From NCBI GenBank assembly GCA_008632985.1, contig QPGO01000187.1:1-64000 (forward strand): a stretch of DNA of 64,000 bases, written 5' to 3'. The notes beneath the pieces are model-generated. The model had not been told where the DNA came from, ran no database searches, and saw only the letters and a list, made by a program, of their open reading frames with translations. The translations under genes and the position numbers were made by a program. This stretch comes from Psammoneis japonica (lineage: Eukaryota). Shown here piece after piece: positions 51,572 to 61,100 of the stretch. Positions within the stretch are counted from its first letter, which is position 1; each line of letters opens with the position of its first letter.

Positions 51572-54500
51572 GGCAATCGTCCAGCTGCGCAGGCAGCTCT
51601 TCATGAACTGTGTGGGAAATGTGCTGGAACTTGTGTAGAATCCCACAACGACACAATTCCATTTCTGTGACGACAAGCAGAAATGAACGGTCCAATGTGG
51701 TGCAAGTTGCACAACGACACGAAAGAGGGAATCCTCTTCATTTCCTTCATTCCACTCAAATGATCCCGATTTGGCATGTCGCACCGTAAGAAACGGCCAT
51801 GCACATTGCACTTTGATGTGTTTCGGCATGGCAAACATCATGGGGCAGACGTGTCTTGCATGTGTGATCTCTTTCTGTCCCTGTCACAAAGAGTTTGACG
51901 CACTGGTTTGGTTTCCTGGGGGGCTTTGGTTGCAACACACGGTGCAAACGGTTGCGTGCATCGACTGGTGCCTCGATTGCTGTGCGGTGCGGGTGACATC
52001 TGAATGGTCGACAACGCCGCTGAGGTAAGTTCTTTCTGTGATTTTTCATTTTATGTCGTTTTCCCATTCACTAAAGATCATTGTTGCGTTTTGTTGCAGC
52101 TTGAAAAGTGGATGCATCGTCTCGTACGGTCGATTGTGGCATCTGTTTTTATGGCATGTTTTTCAAGTCGTTGGCGCCGCCAGAGCGTGTGTGTCTAGGA
52201 GCTTTGTGCTCCATCTCACTCTGCATCCTTTGGCGCACCTGTTGTGCATGTTAAGACAGACTTGTGATGCTCTTGACATCCTTCTTTGGGTCTTGTTCGG
52301 CGCATGATGACGGCATGTCATTTTTTGGGCGTGTCAATTTCTCAAAAGTGTGTGCCGTGGAAACAAAACGATGCGATGGAGCCTCGGGGACACTTGTGAT
52401 GGTGGCATTTGTCACACAGACTTCACATGCTCCAAAGAAGATAATCACATGAGTGCATTGTGATTGATTGAGTTTTAGAGTCGTTTTGACGAAAGTCATG
52501 CACCTCATGGGCCCATTTTTTTTTGCATCTCGTCCATGCAAGGTGGCAGCATTGGCAGCGCAGTCTGTAGACTCGCCAGCACCATTTTTTATGTCTGATC
52601 TTGAAATGGTTGCTTTTGATGTAATTGTTGGCTCAGGTGGCATTGCTGTGGCAAGGCAGTTGGCATGGGAGTCGGTGGTGCTGGATCAGCTGGTTGGCGC
52701 AGGGCGTGTGTGGTGTTGGAGCAGCTGTGTGTGTGTGTGAAGGGGGGATCAATTCAAAAACTCGGGATCAATTGTAACACCAAAAAGAGGAGGAAAGGGG
52801 GAGAACAAAATGTGGTGATCACAGGGCTGCTGTGCATCTGTCGTCGTTGAGTTCTCCGCCACCAATTCAGGAAAATGGACCGCAGCTCAAAGGGTCATGG
52901 GGAACTCCAATCATGGAATGGACAAATTGAAAGGGTGAAAATGTAGAGCTCATTGCACTTCAAAATGTGACATTGGTTTTACTGCAAAGAAGGCGTGCAT
53001 TTGCACTCGGCTGATTTTTACACGGTGAAGTGCGGCAAAAGCGAGAAAAATGCTGTTTCACGTTCTCTCTGACTTGAGGGTCAGTTGACATGGTCGATGC
53101 CTCATCAGAGATGTGAGACTTCTGCTGTTGACATTGGTCACTGTTGACATCATAAAAGCCGCAACAACATTCCAAGAAATGCAAACGAGTGCATCGTACA
53201 AAAAATTTGAAAATTTTCAGTCGTCACTGTTCGTCTGGCCATCGCACGTGCGCTCTGAACCCACCACGCCCTCTCTCTCCCCTCTCCTTTTCCTCTTCCT
53301 TTTTTCATAAACTCGGAGCTACCTGTGTGACCGGACATGTGCCCTTTCGGGCAATCGTCCAGCTGCGCAGGCAGCTCTTCATAAACTGTGTGGGAAATGC
53401 ACCGGAACTTGTGTGGAATCCCACAACAACACAATTCCATTTCCATGGCGACAAGCAGAAATGAACGGTCCAATGTGGCACAAGTTGTGCAATGACACGA
53501 AAGAGGGAATCCTCTTCATTTCCTTCATTCCACTCAAATGATCCCGATTTGGCATGTCGCACCGTATGAAACGGCCATGCACATTGCACTTTGGTGTGTC
53601 TCGGCATGGCAAACATCGTGGGGCAGACGCATTTTGCATGTGTGATCTCTTTCTTTCCCTGTCATAAAGAGTTTGACACACTGGTTTGGTTTCCTGGGGG
53701 GCTTTGGTTGCGACACACGGTGCAAACGGTTGCGTGCATCGACTCGTGCCTTGATCACTGCGCGGCACGGGTGACATCTGAATGGTCGACAACGCCGCCG
53801 AGGTGGGTTCTTTCTGTGTTTTCTCATTTTATGTCGTTTTGTTGTTCACCAAAGATCATTGTTGCGTTTTGTCACAGCTTGAAAAGTGGATGCATCGTCT
53901 CGTACGGTTGATTGTGGCATCTGTTTTTATGGCATGTTTTTCAAGTCGTTGGCGCCGCCAGAGCGCATCCGTTTAGGAGCTTTGTGCTCCATCCCACCAT
54001 GCATCCTTTGGCGCACCTGTTGTGCATGTTAAGACAGACTTGTGACGCTCTTGACATCCTTCTTGGGGTCTTGGTCGGCGCATGATGACGGCATGTCATT
54101 TTTTGGGCGTGTCAATTTCTCAAAAGCATGTGCCGCGGAAACAAAACGACGCGATGGAGCCTCGGGGACACTTGTGATGGTGGCATTTGTCACACAGACT
54201 TCACATGCTCCAAAGAAGACAATCACATGAGTGCATTGTAATTGATTGAGTTTTAGAGTCGTTTTGATGAAAGTCGCACACCTCATGGGCCTTTTTTTTT
54301 GCGTCTCGTTCATGCAAGGTGGCAGCATTGGCAGCGCAGTCTGTAGACTTGCCAGCACCATTTTTTATGTCTGATCTTGAAATGGTTGCTTTTGATGTAA
54401 TTGTTGGCTCAGGTGGCATTGCTGTGGCAAGGCAGTTGGCATGGGAGTCGGTGGTGCCGGATCAGCTGGTTGGCGCAGGGCATGTGTGGTGTTGGAGCAG

Positions 54501-56901
54501 CTGTGTGTGTGTGAAGGGGGATCAATTCAAAAACTCGGGATCAATTGCAACACCAAAAAGAGGAGGAAAGGGGGAGAACAAAATGTGATGATCACAGGGC
54601 TGCTGTGCATCTGTCATCGCTGAGCTCTCCGTCACCAGCTCAGGAAAATGGGTTGCAGCTCAAAGGGTCATGGGAACTCCAATCATGGAACAGACAAATT
54701 GAAAGGACAAAAATGTAGAGCTCATTGTGCTTCAAAATGCAACCTTGGTTTTACTGCAAAGAAGGCGTGCATTTGCACTCGGCTGATTTTTACACGGTGA
54801 AGTGCGGCAAAAGCGAGAAAAATGCTGTTTCACGTTCTCTCTGACTTGAGGGTCAGTTGACATGGTTGATGCCTCATCAGACATGTGAGACTTCTGCCAT
54901 TGACATTGGTCACTGTTGACATCATAAAAGCCACAACAACATTCCAAGAAATGCAAACGAGTGCATCGCACAAAAAATTTGAAAATTTTCAGTCGTCACC
55001 ATGTGTCTGGCCATCGCCCGTGCGCTCTGAACCTGTTGTGCCCTCTCTCTCCCCTCTCCTTTTCCTCTTCCTTTTTTTCATAAACTCGGAGCTGCCTGCG
55101 TGACCGGACACATGCCCTTTCAGGCAATCGTCCAGCTGCGCAGGCAGCTCTTCATAAACTTTGCAGGAAGTGCACTGGAACTTGTGCAGAATCCTGTGAT
55201 GACACAATTCCATTTCTACAAAGACAAGCAGAAATGAACGGTCCAATGTGGCACAAGTTGTGTGACGACACGAAAGAGGGAATCCTCTTCATTTCCTTCA
55301 TTCCACTCAAATGATCCCGATTTGGCATGTCGCGCCATAAGAAATGGCCATGCACACTGCACTTTGATGTGTCTCAGCATGGCAAACATTGTGGGGTGGA
55401 CGCATTTTGCATGTGTGATCTCTTTCCATCCCTGTCACAAAGAGTTTGACACACTGGTTTGGTTTCCTGGGGGGCTTTGGTTGTGACACATGGTGCAAAC
55501 GGTTGCGTGCATTGACTCGTGCCTTGATTGCTGCATGGCACGGGCAACATCTGAGTGGCCGACAATGCCGCCGAGGTGGGTTCTTTCTGTGTTTTCTCAT
55601 TTTGTGTCGTTTTCCCATTCACTGAAGATCATTGTTGCATTTTGTTGCAGCTTGAAAAGTGGATGCATCATCTCGCATGGTTGATTGTGGCATCTGTTTT
55701 TATGGCATGTTTTTCAAGTCATTGGCACCGCCAGAGCGTGTCCGTTTAGGAGCTTTATGCTCCATCCCACTCTGCATCCTTTGGTGCACCTGTTGTGCAT
55801 GTTAAGACAGACTTGCGACGCTCTTGACATCCTTCTTTGGGTCTTGTTCGGCGCATGATGACGGCATGTCATTTTTTGGGCATGTCAATTTCTCAAAAGC
55901 ACATGCCGCGGAAACAAAACGATGCGATGGAGCCTCGGGGATGCTTGTGACGGTGGCATTTGTCACACAGACTTCACATGCTCCAAAGAAGATGATCACA
56001 TGAGTGCATTGTGATTGATTGAGTTTTAGAGTCGTTTTGACGAAAGTCGCACACCTCGCGGGCCTTTTTTTTTTGCGTCTTGTTCATGCAAGGTGGCAGC
56101 ATTGGCAGCGCAGTCTGTAGACTCACCAGCACCATTTTTTATTTCTGATCTTGAAATGGTTGCTTTTGATGTAATTGTTGGCTCAGGTGGCGTTGCTGTG
56201 GCGAGGCAGTTGGCATGGGAGTCGGTGGTGCTGGATCAGCTGGTTGGCGCAGGGCGTGTGTGGTGTTGGAGCAGCTGTGTGTGTGTGAAGGGGGGATCAA
56301 TTCAAAAACTCGGGATCAATTGCAACACCAAAAAGAGGAGGAAAGGGGGAGAACAAAATGTGATGGTCACAGGGCTGCTGTGCATCTGTCGTCGCTGAGT
56401 TCTCCTTCGCCAATTCAGGAAAATGGATTGTAGCTCAAAGGGTCATGGGGAATTCTGATCATGGAATAGACAAATTGAAAGGATAAAAATGCAGAGCTCA
56501 TTACACTTCAAAATGTAACATTGGTTTTACTGCAAAGAAGGCGTGCATTTGCACTCGGCTGATTTTTACACGGTGAAGTGCGGCAAAAGCGAGAAAAATG
56601 CTGTTTCACGTTCTCTCCGACTTGAGGGTCAGTTGACATGGTCGATACCTTATTAGAGATGTGAGACTTCTACTATTGACATCGGTCACTGTTGACATCA
56701 TAAAAGCCGCAACAACATTCCAAGAAATACAAACGAGTGCATTGTACGAAAAATTTGAAAATTTTCATTCGTCACTATTCGTCTGGCCATCGTACGTGCG
56801 CTCTGAACCTATGTATTACGCCCTCTCTCTCCCCTCTCCTTTTCCTCTTCCTTTTTTTCATCAACTCGGAGCTACAGTACCTACGTGACCGGACATATGC
56901 C
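51572..56901. mobile_element. Head-to-tail trimer of a ~1.77-kb non-autonomous TIR element (51572-53343, 53350-55116, 55123-56901)
   Basis: Three alignable units with imperfect TIRs (GGCA...TGCC). The 8-bp direct repeat GTCTTTCG flanks the array (51564-51571, 56902-56909). Six-bp spacers CTTTCG and CTTTCA lie between units. Confidence 0.85.
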
Positions 56902-56960
56902 GTCTTTCGTTCAACAATTGAAATTCAACGAAGAACAGCAACGTTATTACAAGCCCCACA

Positions 56961-57971
56961 ATGCTGCTACAACCGTCAACAAGTCCTGATTTGTGGGATA
57001 AAGTTGTGGTTGATTTGGAGGAACAAGGAGGAATGGCGGTAGTAAAGGTTCCAATGATGTTGGAAGAGGTGCACAGACGAGGCTTTGAAGCAGCACGTAA
57101 GGAGTTATTGCAGAGCCCTCCACTGCAGTTTCCACACTTTTGTATTCCTCCAGATGCAGACTCGGCTCATGTTACTGGATATCATGAACCCTCCACCAAT
57201 GGGAGTATGAGTCGGTACAATGCCTATCGAGAAGGGTTTGTCTTTTCAGATGGCAACCTTTTGGATCTTAGCGATGAGCAATTTCGAACGTCTATGGAAC
57301 TCTTGTTTCAGTCAATGCATGACTGTATTGCTCAGCAAACTCTAAGTGCCATTGAACGTAAACTGGAATTACCGGTTGGTTGGTTTCAAGAGGAAATGGG
57401 ACCGACACATGACCACAGCCAGTGGCATGTGAAGCAATTCGTAACCCCATCTAAGAAAAACGAGAGCGAGGAGACGCAAAGAAGAAATAATATTCAAGAC
57501 AAGGACGACTCGGAGGAATTCATATGGCTACCAATGCATACAGATCCCTCATTAATTTCCGTTGTTCTGCATGATGCGCCTGGAATACAAAAAGGAGGCA
57601 TGGGGTTGGAAATATATCAAGCTTCCTCCACACACAAGAACAAAAAGCGAGAATGGGTGGAGGTCCCCCATCACGGACACTGCGTTGCTACCATTTTAGT
57701 AGGAAGCGTCCTTTCCTACATGATGGGGAGTAATCAATTATTTTCATCGGCAAAGCATCGCGTCGTGTACTCTCCAGAGCACAACAATCGAATGGCTGCT
57801 ACTTTGTTTGTTCGACCGCGACCCACAGCCATGCTGCAAGTACCACCGTCACCTCTGCTTACCCATGTCGTATTGAAGAAGCCTACCGACTTTCATACAT
57901 GGTGTACACGTGTCGCTAGAAACTATCAAAAGAAGCAAAAGAAGACTAAAACGACCCCAGCAAAGGACTAA
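56961..57971 (+). CDS. 2-oxoglutarate/Fe(II) dioxygenase (IPNS/DIOX-like)
   Basis: HTDPSLIS (HxD), GLEI, SAKHRVV (distal His) and RMAATLF (2OG-binding Arg). Confidence 0.88.
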   Translation: MLLQPSTSPDLWDKVVVDLEEQGGMAVVKVPMMLEEVHRRGFEAARKELLQSPPLQFPHFCIPPDADSAHVTGYHEPSTNGSMSRYNAYREGFVFSDGNLLDLSDEQFRTSMELLFQSMHDCIAQQTLSAIERKLELPVGWFQEEMGPTHDHSQWHVKQFVTPSKKNESEETQRRNNIQDKDDSEEFIWLPMHTDPSLISVVLHDAPGIQKGGMGLEIYQASSTHKNKKREWVEVPHHGHCVATILVGSVLSYMMGSNQLFSSAKHRVVYSPEHNNRMAATLFVRPRPTAMLQVPPSPLLTHVVLKKPTDFHTWCTRVARNYQKKQKKTKTTPAKD

Positions 57972-58108
57972 TCGACCCACCCTATCACAGGCCGCGAAAA
58001 GAATCCGAGTTGGTGCCGTAGCCCTTTTTTACTAGCACAGTCAAAAGATGTGTCAGGATATAGCAACGGTTTTATGGACTTAAATTCGCAACCAAAGAAG
58101 TTGGCAGT

Positions 58109-61100
58109 CTATGGCCACCAGGAAATGACACTGCAAACATCTGTTCCAATGGCGGAAACCTTGCTCTCAGAGTCCGCTAGGCTCGACCGAGCCATCCTCA
58201 GGATCTTCTCCTTGTGAGGTAGCAGCGCCTCTAGCAAAAGCTCCCTATCCAAGCTGCTTTGGGTCCCAGTGCTGGAATATGCAGCAGACTTAGTCTTGTT
58301 AGGACCAGCGCGACCCACGAGTTCATACAATAGCTTTAATCCGGCATATCTGTGGCAACGGGAAGCCGAACTGTGAGTCAAAGGAGGCAGCTGCAATGCT
58401 TTTTCTCAGATAAAAGGAACTTACCTTACACGCCAGAATTTCCGATCTTTCAGAGCCTGGGCAGAGCAATCAAGAAGAATCGAGATCGTTTCGAGCTTCC
58501 TCAACTCAACCAAGTCACACTTTGCGACCAACACTGAAGCTGCGAGTACGGATGACTCTCGCACAGTCCATGCAGCTTGTTTCTCGCCGCCTGCACTTTG
58601 CAGCAGCTTGGACAGTTCAAGAACCGACTCAAACTTCGTACACTCAGCTTTCCCGTCTTTCGATCCTATCCCTTCCCACATTGCTGACGCAACACAATCA
58701 ATCGACCTCGCCACGATGACGGGTGGTTCCGCGTCGTGCCTCGTCGTGGTCGAACCAAATTGATTTTCCGTGTCAATAACGCCGACCAGTCTTGTCGAAA
58801 CCAAGTTGTAAATGCGAGGGAGGTAAAGTGTACCCTCTGAGGAATTCAAGCTATTTAATAGATCAGACAACCCTTTCAATGAGGCAGCTCTGTACGGAAG
58901 AACTTCAGAAGAAAGACCAGATGACGACTCGGCGATATTCGGCATTCCTTGTTCTAGCAGTGTTCTGCATAAGCCATGAAACGTCAACACACTAGATTTC
59001 TCGTCAAGCAGCTGCACCTCCATTTCGTCGTCTGTGTTAGGCGAGCTTATGTCGCCAAGTATGTTGTCGCAATCCTGAAAGTCGATGTCAGTAACAGATT
59101 TCTCAGGAACCTCGCTCTCAATTTCCGACGTATTGTCCATTAAACTTGACTCTTTGATAGGTTCGATATACTCTTCACCAATTTTGTTTTGTTCTTCAAA
59201 CCAACAATCTCCAACAAAGAGATCGTTCTTCGATACAGCACTCGACACAAGAAGAGGAGTCCATGGACATATCGACTCACTGCCTCTTTCCCACCCCATG
59301 GCGAGACCGCTGGAAGGTCCATCGCCGCTGCCAACCGAAGTCCATTTCGATGCCATCTTTACGCAAGCATTTACAACTTCAGCCTTTCCCGACCAAATTC
59401 TAGGTCTGTTGATAAGAGTTACGCAATGCACCAGCGCTATATTTGCAGCTTGTGCCCTGCGCTTTGCTCTGGAGATTCGATTGCTATCTATCTTTTCAAG
59501 AGAACTGCCATCGACAGTTCTAGGCGCTGGAGCGAGAACGTTCATGTCAGTAAGTTCGGCCAGTGCAGCACAACCAGCAATTCTCCTTGACCAAGATACA
59601 TCTTCAAGGGCGTCAACACAAGCGCGAACCAAATATGGAAGTAACTTCTCTTCAAGATGGACGCCAAAGTCAGCAGAACGAACCGATCCCATTTTTGAGG
59701 AATCATTTGCTGTTGACCCTCCTTCTTCCCATACTTCCTTCCACAGTGAAGCTACCTTGGCATCCGAGTCTCGCTGGCCGAGAAATGCAACAGGCAGCAC
59801 ATTTCTGCACCATATGTCGTTCACCCCCCCATCAGCAAACTGCGAAGTAGCACGCACCGCAATTGCACGGATCGCCGAGGCTGCCGCTCGTCGAGCAGCA
59901 GGATCATCGTTGTTGCCTTGTGCCCCATTGTATCTCTCACAAGTTCGAAGTGCTAAGGCTCGCACCGTGGGCCCAGGAGAAAGCGCAGCAATGTTTCCCA
60001 AGGCATGCGCCATTTTGTCACGAGCACCAAGACCGCGTTCACGTTCGCTTGCAAAGTAAAGTGCCCGAAGTAAACGTACCGTCGGGTTTGTCGAGGACTG
60101 CCCGGAAAATTTGAACGCACCTGGGCAGGCAGCACATAAAGAAGACACAGCGTCAGCAGCGGCTGCTCGTGTTGCAAACCCAGCTCCACAACGAAGCGCC
60201 GAATCGAGCTGCGGTATTACCGCTTTTTGTGTACTAATGTCAGTAGACTTCGTCATGTCAAGGCATTTTGTCAACGCTCCTGCAACTGGGCCGGTCTGAG
60301 CCATCTGCAAACGTAGGCGTTCGAGTCGATCATAAGCTCCTTCTCCGGATGAAGCCGACGTTTCACCAGCCGTCCTCACCTGAACATAGTTCAGAGCAGC
60401 TGGTTCCAGTCCAGACATCGCCATCAACAAAGATCCGATTAACTCCGGCAGAACCGCCTGTAACTGTTGTGGACGCACCGCGTCGATGACGCCAACAAGA
60501 CACGATAGGCATACGCCCGTTGCTTCTGCACACGCTTGGTTCAGACCATGTCTCACAAGCCACCGCAACGCAGTTGCTGCTGCCGCTGCTGCGTCACGGT
60601 CAAACTTCGAAAACAATTCCTCAGTCGGCGCACTGGGTGAGTCTTTTTCGCCTTTTGTTGCTGATGGATCGCACAAACGGATGGTTAGACTCCGGACACT
60701 GCGGGCTAGTGTCTCACCGCTATCGCGAACATTAGAACGTACGTCGTCCATTGCCCGCATGGACGTTCTCCACAATCGCAATAAGCGGATTGCAGCAGTT
60801 GTAGCTGCACCTTTGGCTGGACTTGCAATGTCTTCATCGTCGAAAATAGCCCCCCCTCCTCCTAAATCCTCCCACGAACGACCGACGATTACGTCCGCTA
60901 GAGCTGCACAAGCGCCAACCCGCGCTCTCCAAAGTTTATTGGATGCATCGTCGATCAATGCATCTATCGTAGATGTTAGGTGTAAGGTAATCGCCAGCCT
61001 TGATTCTGCCCCGCCGCCGGTAAGTCCCACCCACAACGTTGACATTTGTTCACGGGTTTGCTTGTTTGGGTCGTTGCACGCACGCAGAAGCCTTGGAATC

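Noticed and set aside
7137..56433. Numerous 60-300 aa Cys/His/Trp-rich ORFs in repeat blocks as novel small or metal-binding proteins
   Set aside because: They are a by-product of TA loss: TAA/TAG stops and Tyr codons are removed and TGY/CAY/TGG codons are created in all six frames.
56961..57971. 2OG-Fe(II) dioxygenase as the DNA-modifying enzyme behind the mutation pattern
   Set aside because: Its motifs fit small-molecule IPNS/DIOX-type enzymes rather than TET/JBP or AlkB. Adjacency is not evidence in a eukaryote.
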